Shown: positions 15,495 to 23,343 of the stretch, in pieces | Position numbering within the stretch: the stretch's first letter is position 1 | Layout: every line of letters begins with the position of its first letter | Assembly: GCA_001824275.1 (NCBI GenBank) | Contig: MHWW01000013.1 | Location: 1 to 42,356 of the forward strand | DNA from: Candidatus Zambryskibacteria bacterium RIFOXYC1_FULL_39_10 | Lineage (GTDB): Bacteria > Patescibacteriota > Minisyncoccia > Phycocordibacterales > WO2-35-19 | DNA length: 42,356 nt | Reading direction: 5' to 3' | Position numbers and translations under genes: made by a program | The notes under the pieces: model-generated | What the model was told of the DNA's origin: nothing | Seen by the model: only the letters and a program-made list of their open reading frames with translations | Database searches by the model: none

Positions 15495-16290
15495 AATATC
15501 AAAAAAAATTATTCTGTATTTTATCGGGATCGGCCTTGTCTCTTTTTTACTGGGGACCCTAGTCATGATTATACCCGAAGAAACGGGTCCGGAAGATAAC
15601 TTCTGTAATGTTATGGTCCTCTCATTAAACGGAGTACTCGCAACCTATCTACCCCCTAAATCTGAAGACGATTCGGAGATGTTCTACTCCTCCGAAAATG
15701 TTTTGGCTGCCATAGAAAAAGCGGAAAATGATCCCGATGTCAAAGGTCTCATTCTTTCAATCAATAGCCCGGGCGGCGATATTGTGGCCGGGGAAGAAAT
15801 AGCCAATGCCCTCAAGGCCATGAAGAAGCCAAATGTCGCTGTAATACGCAATATGGGAGCTTCTGCAGCCTTCCTTGCTTCCTCCGGAGCCGACAGAGTA
15901 TATGCTTCCAAACTGTCTGACACTGTTGGAATCGGGGTCACAATGTCTTACACCGATCAGACAGAGAAAAACAGGAAAGAGGGCTTAACTTTTAACCAAC
16001 TCTCAACCGGTAAATTCAAAGATGCCGGAGATCCGGATAAACCACTTACCGAAGAAGAAAAATTAATCTTCATGATTGATCTAGAAAAAGCTCACAAAAT
16101 TTTCGTTGAAGAAATAGCTCAAAACAGAAATCTCAAAATTGAAGATGTGTCTAAAATATCTACCGGCAGAACATATCTCGGGGAAGAGGCTCTCAATTTT
16201 GGCCTTATTGATGAGATTGGAAGTATAGATACTGCCGTTAAATACATTGAAAGTTTAACTGGAGAAAAAGCCGAAACTTGTTGGTATTAA
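15478..16290 (+). CDS. sppA: signal peptide peptidase SppA-like S49 peptidase
   Basis: INSPGG, MGASAAF, GIGV, GKFKDAG, GLIDEIG. Confidence 0.9.
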   Translation: MEEKNKISKKIILYFIGIGLVSFLLGTLVMIIPEETGPEDNFCNVMVLSLNGVLATYLPPKSEDDSEMFYSSENVLAAIEKAENDPDVKGLILSINSPGGDIVAGEEIANALKAMKKPNVAVIRNMGASAAFLASSGADRVYASKLSDTVGIGVTMSYTDQTEKNRKEGLTFNQLSTGKFKDAGDPDKPLTEEEKLIFMIDLEKAHKIFVEEIAQNRNLKIEDVSKISTGRTYLGEEALNFGLIDEIGSIDTAVKYIESLTGEKAETCWY

Positions 16291-16324
16291 AAACTAATTT
16301 AAAAAATATGGGATTAGCGATAAG
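16288..16324 (+). repeat. ~36-nt direct repeat, copy A (duplicated gene-start region)
   Basis: TAAAAACTAATTTAAAAAATATGGGATTAGCGATAAG, compared with 17111-17146. Confidence 0.7.
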
Positions 16325-16338
16325 TAAAAATAAATTAT

Positions 16339-17106
16339 ATGAAAAAATGTCCATTTTGCAAAAATGAAATTAATGTGGACGTAGCGCAATGCCCAATCTG
16401 TAAAATGATACTTATTGAAAAAATACCTCATATTAATCCTACTTCAGAACGAGTCTACACTTCATCATCACCAAAAGAACCAAAAAAGCAAACGCATACT
16501 TCTTATTACACTCCCCCTCAAAAATCTTCTTCTAAAGAGCGGTTTAAAATTCCAAATGGTAGTGGTTGGATAATTTCAATCGTTGGATCAATTGCACTCA
16601 CTTTAATTTTGAATGGTAATTATGGTTCTTCGAATCCGCTCCCCGCGCCATTATCTGATCCGACTATCGTAGATACTAATCTATCTTTAACACCAATTCC
16701 TCATACTTCATATTATTCACTTCCAAATGGCACAGTTCTCTTTTCCTCATCACTTAATGGAGAGGGCATTTTAAGCATTTCGAATGGGACCAAATCCGAC
16801 GCAGTCGTAAAACTCATTACAACAGGCGGTAGCAAAGTTTATTCTGTTTATGTGCGTGCCAATAGCAGCTATTCGATTGAAAATATAAACGACGGTATCT
16901 ATAGATTGCTTTTTTCTTTTGGTTCAAATTGGGACCCGAATCAAAATAAGTTTTTGGTTAATCCAAGGGCGGAAGCTTTTGATGATACTTTCGATTTTGA
17001 GACTTCAGATACCAAATCTACAGGTTTTACTATTACTTTAAATCCGGTAATTGACGGAAAAGCCACAACGAGCCCACTCGATTCAAATGTATTTGATAAA
17101 TACTAA
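16339..17106 (+). CDS. zinc-ribbon + TM + extracellular beta-rich domain protein
   Basis: CPFC...CPIC, S/P/T-rich linker, one TM, C-terminal DGIYRLLFSFGSNWD. Confidence 0.8.
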   Translation: MKKCPFCKNEINVDVAQCPICKMILIEKIPHINPTSERVYTSSSPKEPKKQTHTSYYTPPQKSSSKERFKIPNGSGWIISIVGSIALTLILNGNYGSSNPLPAPLSDPTIVDTNLSLTPIPHTSYYSLPNGTVLFSSSLNGEGILSISNGTKSDAVVKLITTGGSKVYSVYVRANSSYSIENINDGIYRLLFSFGSNWDPNQNKFLVNPRAEAFDDTFDFETSDTKSTGFTITLNPVIDGKATTSPLDSNVFDKY

Positions 17107-17110
17107 ACTT

Positions 17111-17146
17111 TAAAAATTAATTTAAAAACATGGGATCAGCGATAAG
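17111..17146 (+). repeat. ~36-nt direct repeat, copy B
   Basis: TAAAAATTAATTTAAAAACATGGGATCAGCGATAAG. Confidence 0.7.
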
Positions 17147-17288
17147 AGTAGCTATACAACTTTTAGAAGAATTTTGGAAAATGCCTTTCGAAGGAAAACT
17201 CCTGTTCATTATTCCAACAGTAATTGTAGTCAGTTTGATTATTTGGAAAGAGGAAAGAAATAAAAATAAAATATGGAATAAAAAATAA
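17130..17288 (+). CDS. 52-aa single-TM microprotein (not in ORF track)
   Basis: MGSAIRVAIQLLEEFWKMPFEGKLLFIIPTVIVVSLIIWKEERNK... Confidence 0.55.
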   Translation: MGSAIRVAIQLLEEFWKMPFEGKLLFIIPTVIVVSLIIWKEERNKNKIWNKK

Positions 17289-17322
17289 AATTTTTCATAA
17301 ATTCATGTTTTTGTTATTTGTT

Positions 17323-17395
17323 GCCCTCGTAGCTCAATGGACAGAGCAAGACGCTTCTATCGTCAAGGTTGGAGGTTCGACCCCTTCCGAGGGCA
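17323..17395 (+). tRNA. tRNA-Arg(UCU), island-borne
   Basis: GCCCTCG/CGAGGGC acceptor, GCTC/GAGC D-arm, loop CT-TCT-AT, T-arm GGAGG-TTCGACC-CCTTC. A27:A43 mismatch. Confidence 0.88.
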
Positions 17396-17485
17396 CAAGA
17401 TTAAGTGAATATGGAACCTTTGTATTGAGAGGTGTATTATGGGACCATATCGCCGATCAACTTTTGATTTTTAATATCAAAAAAT

Positions 17486-18310
17486 ATGTTTGTTTCAAAG
17501 AAAATAATTTATATATCAGCTGGGGCCATTGTTTTATTGTTCATATCTTCCATCATCTCATTTTTGGGGAGCGGAAATTCAAATTTGCCACTGGAGCAGA
17601 TAACAACTACAGAAGAAGTGGTGGAAATAAATCCACTGCCTCAGTCCGGTGATTTGTATAAAGTGGTCAAAGTAGTAGATGGCGACACGGTCACGATAAA
17701 CATGAACGGCAAATCACAAACCATTCGTTTGATCGGTTTAAACACTCCGGAGACTGTGGATCCGAGAAAACCGGTAGAGTGTTTTGGTAAAGAAGCCTCG
17801 GATAAAGCTAAAGAAATTTTAACAGGGAAAGAAGTGAGAATTGAGAAAGATCCGGGTCAAGGGGATTATGATAAATACAATCGACTTTTGGCTTACGTAT
17901 TTTTGGAAGATGGGACTAATTTCAATAAATACATGATCGAGCAGGGTTTGGGCTATGAGTATACATATAATCTTCCTTACAAATATCAAAAAGAGTTTAA
18001 AACGGCCCAAGAACAGGCTAAATCACAGAAAAGAGGACTATGGGCAGATAATGCCTGCAAAATCGAACAGTCAACCAAAACAACCACTACAACCTCTGCT
18101 CCTGCACCAATACAGCAATTCCAAACCACCACCGAAAGCAAGCCTGCCACAAATGGTAATTACATTTGTTCATACAACGCCTATAACTGCTCCAATTTCT
18201 CAACTCAAAACGAAGCACAGGCCGCTTTTGAGGCCTGTGGAGGAGTGAATAACGATATTCATGGACTGGATCGAGACAAGGATGGGGTGGTTTGCGAAAG
18301 TCTACCATAG
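17486..18310 (+). CDS. thermonuclease (SNase) with C-terminal Excalibur-like Ca-binding domain
   Basis: VVDGDT, IRLIGLNTPE, DKYNRLLAYV, RGLW. C-terminus NCSNF...LDRDKDGVVCE. Confidence 0.93.
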   Translation: MFVSKKIIYISAGAIVLLFISSIISFLGSGNSNLPLEQITTTEEVVEINPLPQSGDLYKVVKVVDGDTVTINMNGKSQTIRLIGLNTPETVDPRKPVECFGKEASDKAKEILTGKEVRIEKDPGQGDYDKYNRLLAYVFLEDGTNFNKYMIEQGLGYEYTYNLPYKYQKEFKTAQEQAKSQKRGLWADNACKIEQSTKTTTTTSAPAPIQQFQTTTESKPATNGNYICSYNAYNCSNFSTQNEAQAAFEACGGVNNDIHGLDRDKDGVVCESLP

Positions 18311-18336
18311 CCGAAAAATATAATTTTTTATAAAAA

Positions 18337-19629
18337 ATGACTCAAGGATATTTATTTAAAATTCCGCCCGATAGACGCTCAATTTTTAACGATCATATCG
18401 AAGGTGAATTCGCCCAACCTGTTCCAAGTTTTTCTCACAGTCGTGGGTCAGCTCTTATAGTATTTATCTCTTTAGAGGAAGGGCTGATTACTCATTTAGC
18501 CTCTGGGCGGGCCGGTAATCACGCGGGGACTGATTTGCGTCGGTTAAATTTGGAACAAATTCATATTTTAGAAAACCCATTAAATTTTAGTGATATTTTA
18601 GAACATTCTCCTTCAAATGTTCGACGATATATTAGTAACGCATTTGAACATGGAGGTATTTTACCGCCAGGGAGTTTTAACGGAATGGTAAATGCAATCT
18701 ATGAATTAAATCCCGATGCCGGTTCTTTACTTGCCCGATACAGTACACAACGTCAAGAAACAATAGCGAATCTATCATCAAATGTCTCTAAATCACTTGC
18801 GGCTCAAAAAGAAGCACTGAACACTGCATTGAGTATTGCTGGTATTGATAGGAAGCCTTTACTTGAGTGGACACCTAACCATGTAGAACAATCATCCTCG
18901 TTTCTTACTGGCTTGCCCAATGCATATTTAAGAGAAGATCAGATGATATTAAATGATTTCAATTTCATTCCTGGTTTTGACCGAATTAGAGGCTCTGTAA
19001 CTGGTACTGTACAATTTGAAAACAGGGATACAAAATTAAATGTAATTTTAGCTAATAGACTTCCTCTGGAAGAACAAACCGGAGCGGATTTAATATATTA
19101 TAATGCTACTTATCAATCATTTGTCTTGGTGCAATATAAAGCTATGGAGGATGGGACGGATGATTATGGCCCATCGTTTCGGCTTCCTAATTGGCAATTA
19201 ACCGAAGAATTAACTCGCGCGGATGCTTTAATGGATCAAATTAGATCAGTGCCGCCGGTATCAAATCGGAATGGGTATCGTTTAGCTGAAATTCCATTCT
19301 TTTTGAAATTGTGTCCAAGAATTGTGTTAAAACCAGATGATGTTGGATTGACGCCGGGCATGTATTTTTCTCGAGATCACTGGAAGTTTCTTGAGACGGA
19401 CAGCGATTTAGTTGGAGCTCGTGGTGGGCGAAAAATAACTTATAACAATATAGGGAGACATATAAATAATACGGAATTTATTAGTCTTGTACAAAATGCT
19501 TGGATTGGAACTACTCCGGCCCAAAGTCAAATGTTAGAACCAATTATTTCAGAAATTCTTACGAATGGAAAATCTGTTATTATCGCCTGTAAATCAAATA
19601 AAGAAGCCTTGGATATTGAAGAATTTTAA
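18337..19629 (+). CDS. hypothetical protein, putative PD-(D/E)xK-like nuclease
   Basis: LEEQTGADLIYY...FVLVQYK, a D...QxK pattern. Confidence 0.6.
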   Translation: MTQGYLFKIPPDRRSIFNDHIEGEFAQPVPSFSHSRGSALIVFISLEEGLITHLASGRAGNHAGTDLRRLNLEQIHILENPLNFSDILEHSPSNVRRYISNAFEHGGILPPGSFNGMVNAIYELNPDAGSLLARYSTQRQETIANLSSNVSKSLAAQKEALNTALSIAGIDRKPLLEWTPNHVEQSSSFLTGLPNAYLREDQMILNDFNFIPGFDRIRGSVTGTVQFENRDTKLNVILANRLPLEEQTGADLIYYNATYQSFVLVQYKAMEDGTDDYGPSFRLPNWQLTEELTRADALMDQIRSVPPVSNRNGYRLAEIPFFLKLCPRIVLKPDDVGLTPGMYFSRDHWKFLETDSDLVGARGGRKITYNNIGRHINNTEFISLVQNAWIGTTPAQSQMLEPIISEILTNGKSVIIACKSNKEALDIEEF

Positions 19630-19657
19630 TTTGGGTATACTATTGCAATTTACTACC

Positions 19658-20134
19658 ATGGAAGAGGGGAAATTTGAACAGAAAAAGAGGGCGGATGTGG
19701 TTATAGGTATAGCCATAGCTGCTATTGCTGGCTTTATTTTAAACTTGTTAGCAAATTTGTATTATGATCTTTTTATAATCGAAACTACTGTCTGGGCCAA
19801 GGTTAACCACTTTCAAGTTATTTGTGTTTCGTTAGCTCTTTTGGGGCTAATTGGATTTTTGGAATTTTTTATTTTTGATTATAAAAATAACTTTGAAGTA
19901 AACAAGAGTTTTTTAAAAAGATATTTAAATTATTTCTTTTATAATTTTACTCCTGGCAAAATTATTAGAGTCATTACTGGTTTATACGTGTCAGCTATTC
20001 TTGTTGGGTTCACAATTATAATTTACATTTTTATGGCCAAATCTGCCGGATATTATATTGCAACCGGAGTTTTTCTGGCCGCCTTTTTAAAAATTTATCT
20101 GGAAGAAAGAGAGAAGAAAAAGCTACTCAACTAA
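19658..20134 (+). CDS. four-TM membrane protein
   Basis: Hydrophobic helices. ATG 19658 preferred because it avoids overlap with the upstream gene. Confidence 0.75.
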   Translation: MEEGKFEQKKRADVVIGIAIAAIAGFILNLLANLYYDLFIIETTVWAKVNHFQVICVSLALLGLIGFLEFFIFDYKNNFEVNKSFLKRYLNYFFYNFTPGKIIRVITGLYVSAILVGFTIIIYIFMAKSAGYYIATGVFLAAFLKIYLEEREKKKLLN

Positions 20135-20150
20135 TAAAGATTTAGATAAT

Positions 20151-21101
20151 ATGTATGCATATGGTCTAAAATGCGACCATTTGCGACAGTCTATTGATCA
20201 AAAAGGGCTCCACGGATTTTATCAACACCGCCGCCAGAGAATAGCTTGCTCTCCGAGAGACTTTTTTTATTTAAACATCAAAATACGGAACCGTCTGATT
20301 TTTGTTAAAATATATAGTATGGCTATAAACGATTGCGTAACCGCCTCTATGTTCATGTGTCAGCCGGAATGGATCAAGCATAATTTATCCCGGAGATTTC
20401 ATTTTTGCTTGTGTAAAATGCTTGATGGCGGTTTAAGCAGCGGAACCACTATGATTACTGGTTTACGAGCGGTCCATGGTTGGGGGATGGTCCCTGAAGC
20501 TTCATTTTTTCCATCCAACAGAAAGTTAAGCGAAGAGGAATATTCCAACTGGAGAAAAATACCACCTATCATGTGGGAATATTCCAAAAAGATAGATATT
20601 TTAGGTAACGAGCAGCTACTGAAAACACCAAATGTGCTCTACAGAAAAGAATATTTAAATAATAACAAGAAGTTTGAAGTGTACATGACTTGTTTTTCTG
20701 CACTCGGATTTTTGCATACGAATTTAAATGTCTGTACTTCTAAATTTGAAACTGCCGGTTGGCTCAATGTCATGATAAATCACAATGACCATACGGCGTA
20801 TCCGGATGATCTGTTTGTTAAACCGGAATTCAGAAGGATTGGAATTGGCAATTTCCTGCTCAAGGAATTGGAATTTTTGATCTTAAGCGGTACTCTAGAG
20901 GGGTATGTAATGGAACTGCAGACGGGGAAAAAGGCTGAGATTAAAAACGTAAACTTCAGGATTCCTTCAGTCGATATTTATACGAAAAATCGCAAGGAAG
21001 CGGCGCTTAAGCTATTTAGAAAAAACGGCTACAAACTCGTTATTGATGACTCTAAGAAAATTGTTGACTCAAAATTATTAGCAATTAAGGAAATAAAATG
21101 A
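20151..21101 (+). CDS. protein with C-terminal GNAT acetyltransferase domain and papain-like N-terminal segment
   Basis: DLFVKPEFRRIGIGNFLL...AALKLFRKNGY (GNAT). NDCVTAS...LSRRF..CKMLDG..GT...WGMVPE. True start uncertain. Confidence 0.65.
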   Translation: MYAYGLKCDHLRQSIDQKGLHGFYQHRRQRIACSPRDFFYLNIKIRNRLIFVKIYSMAINDCVTASMFMCQPEWIKHNLSRRFHFCLCKMLDGGLSSGTTMITGLRAVHGWGMVPEASFFPSNRKLSEEEYSNWRKIPPIMWEYSKKIDILGNEQLLKTPNVLYRKEYLNNNKKFEVYMTCFSALGFLHTNLNVCTSKFETAGWLNVMINHNDHTAYPDDLFVKPEFRRIGIGNFLLKELEFLILSGTLEGYVMELQTGKKAEIKNVNFRIPSVDIYTKNRKEAALKLFRKNGYKLVIDDSKKIVDSKLLAIKEIK

Positions 21102-21613
21102 AAGAAGAAAACAATGTTATTTTTGAATGTCCGGACCAGAATCTGACAGCGATTTTAAAAGAATTATTTCCAGATGTTTCCATTAATCCAGACCCTCCGA
21201 AAGAACAATCTGGCAGCAACGATGTAGATGACTACAATCCGGAACCTCTTACGGGTGGGGCCGGTTTTGATCCGAATTTTTCTTCCTTCATTCTTACCGT
21301 GATTTATACTGCCGGTTACGATGGCATAAAATTTACTCTAAAGAAAATATTCGATGCAATAAAAAACATTGACCCCAAGAAAACGGATTTTCTCCTGGTT
21401 AAATATCCGAATATTAACGACTGCAAGATCTCCTTCATATTGCCAGCACAAATGTCTTCCGAAAAACTAGATGATCTGAAAGAAAGCATGGATTCTCTTT
21501 ATAATAATTTGGGCAATTTCATCTCTTCAAATAATGGCTGTATTCTAAATTCAAAATTTGAATACTCGTACAATGATGAGGAGGATAAGTGGGAGTTTAA
21601 ATCAATGATCTAA
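21098..21613 (+). CDS. hypothetical protein
   Basis: ATGA and TAATG overlaps couple it to both neighbours. Confidence 0.75.
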   Translation: MKEENNVIFECPDQNLTAILKELFPDVSINPDPPKEQSGSNDVDDYNPEPLTGGAGFDPNFSSFILTVIYTAGYDGIKFTLKKIFDAIKNIDPKKTDFLLVKYPNINDCKISFILPAQMSSEKLDDLKESMDSLYNNLGNFISSNNGCILNSKFEYSYNDEEDKWEFKSMI

Positions 21614-22908
21614 TGAACACTCCTCTTGATGCTGCTTATAATCGTTTAGATGAGGCCCATAGGGCTTGGCACAGCGCTTTATCAGGATATCATCGAATAG
21701 ATGATTTTCGAGCCGGTATAAACGGGGCCATACAGGCACTTAGAAATTTAACTTTTGTTTTGCAAAAGCAAAAAGATAACCTTGCTAACTTTGATGTCTG
21801 GTATTCTGGGTGGAGACAAAAAATGCAAGATAATCAGCTCCTTAAAGAGCTTGTTGAAGCTCGAAATATAATTGTTAAACAAGACGATCTAAAATTACAT
21901 AGCGTCGCTAAAGCCAGAACGAGAGGGTGGGTTGACTTCGAGAGGGTTGCTTTTACTTTCGATCCGTTTGCTGACAGCTTAGAAGTCGCTACGGGTTTTT
22001 ATAATACGTATGCAAAATATTTGCCCGTACCGGAAGAACTTAAAAAGAGACTGATCTTTGAATTTGAAAGGAAGTGGGTGTACGAAAAATTGCCAGATTA
22101 TGAGTTGCTTGATGCGATCGCTCAATCCTATCATTTTTTTCACGAAATGCTCCTAGACGCATCCGATAAATTTTCAATTCATTCAAAACGAAATCTCTCT
22201 TCTGGTAATTATTGTCTCGGAGAATTAAACGATAAAAATAAACTGAAATGCATGATGGTCACAGATCAAAATCGCCGTCTTGTTTTTGGATTTAGCGATG
22301 GAAATATGCTTGGAATGAAAACCGGAAAGATTGAACGGGATGAAGTTGACTTGGAAAAGGCAAAGGAAAGATACGGTGATGGATGGAAATCTGGAGAAAT
22401 TGTTTCTTTGTTAGAAGGTATTTTCCCGGAAAAGCATCCTTTTAATCAGATGAGGTTGTTTGCTCAGTCAGGATTGAATTGCCTCAAGAAAGACAAGTTT
22501 CTTGTTCCGGTGTCTTTCATATTCGTTGAAAATGAGAAAACACCACCTATTGTTATAAATCACTTCTTTCAAAACCAAGAACAAAAAATGGTGGCTATGG
22601 ATAGCGTGGCGGCAAAAATTATCGAAAATAATGGGAAATTTGTTCTCTTGATGGTTGAATCATGGATATATCCTTTTAACAAAGAGAAACCATTGGTCCC
22701 GCCCGAGTTTAGTTCAAAAAACGCAAAGGAGGTGGTTCAAATTTTTTGCTTATCTGAAAAAACGGTAAAAGTAATTAATGTTCCTTTTCATAAAAATATG
22801 TTTGGACAAGTAACTCTATCTAAGCCGTCCGTAGAAAATTTTTCAACCGAAGATCATAATTATTTTGTTATTTCGCCATTGACGAAAGCTCTTAAAGAAA
22901 ATAAATAA
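21613..22908 (+). CDS. hypothetical protein with HEPN-like N-terminal helical domain
   Basis: RLDEA...FRAGINGAIQALRNLTFVLQK...W...ARNIIVK. The RxxxxH His is replaced by K. Confidence 0.6.
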   Translation: MNTPLDAAYNRLDEAHRAWHSALSGYHRIDDFRAGINGAIQALRNLTFVLQKQKDNLANFDVWYSGWRQKMQDNQLLKELVEARNIIVKQDDLKLHSVAKARTRGWVDFERVAFTFDPFADSLEVATGFYNTYAKYLPVPEELKKRLIFEFERKWVYEKLPDYELLDAIAQSYHFFHEMLLDASDKFSIHSKRNLSSGNYCLGELNDKNKLKCMMVTDQNRRLVFGFSDGNMLGMKTGKIERDEVDLEKAKERYGDGWKSGEIVSLLEGIFPEKHPFNQMRLFAQSGLNCLKKDKFLVPVSFIFVENEKTPPIVINHFFQNQEQKMVAMDSVAAKIIENNGKFVLLMVESWIYPFNKEKPLVPPEFSSKNAKEVVQIFCLSEKTVKVINVPFHKNMFGQVTLSKPSVENFSTEDHNYFVISPLTKALKENK

Positions 22909-22944
22909 ACACAAAAATGTTTACTTTTGTTTACCTTTTTTGGA

Positions 22945-23337
22945 TTATCCTCTGTTATTAAGAAATTTCAAAACTCTATATCCGGATTGTTTTGCACATC
23001 TTGGGCTGTACCCAGATTGTATAGCCGCCTTTGTTGCATTGAACCTGTTTGTAAGAAGGTGCTTTATAAAAGTTAATCGCCTCACTGTGGGTCCATTAAG
23101 ATAACAGCCCCGCAGGTTATTTTCGACTAAGTTACCTGCTATGATGCCCGGCAAATTTTTGTATAAATAGGGTTTATAAAAAATATAATCCATAATGAAT
23201 TTAAACTCATCCATATTAAATTTTGGGCTTGGTTTTGTTTTTTCATACTTTTCCGTTTTGTAGATCTCAGTAAGCACATCTATCACATCTTTTATGGTTA
23301 ACAGTAGCTCCTCTTTTTTCTTTTCCTTTTTGGCCAT
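22945..23337 (-). CDS. terminase small subunit-like HTH protein 1
   Basis: FIKHLL..FNATKAAIQSGYSPRCAKQSGYRVL matches the TerS HTH pattern, here at the C-terminus. Confidence 0.7.
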   Translation of the reverse strand: MAKKEKKKEELLLTIKDVIDVLTEIYKTEKYEKTKPSPKFNMDEFKFIMDYIFYKPYLYKNLPGIIAGNLVENNLRGCYLNGPTVRRLTFIKHLLTNRFNATKAAIQSGYSPRCAKQSGYRVLKFLNNRG

Positions 23338-23343
23338 ATTCCT

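Noticed and set aside
17305-17652. 115-aa ORF over tRNA-Arg, and other antisense or alternate-frame ORFs inside long genes
   Set aside because: They overlap well-supported features and have no recognisable motifs.
13779-22908. Integron cassette array
   Set aside because: There is no tyrosine integron integrase, intergenic gaps are mostly too short, and I saw no recurring attC palindromes.
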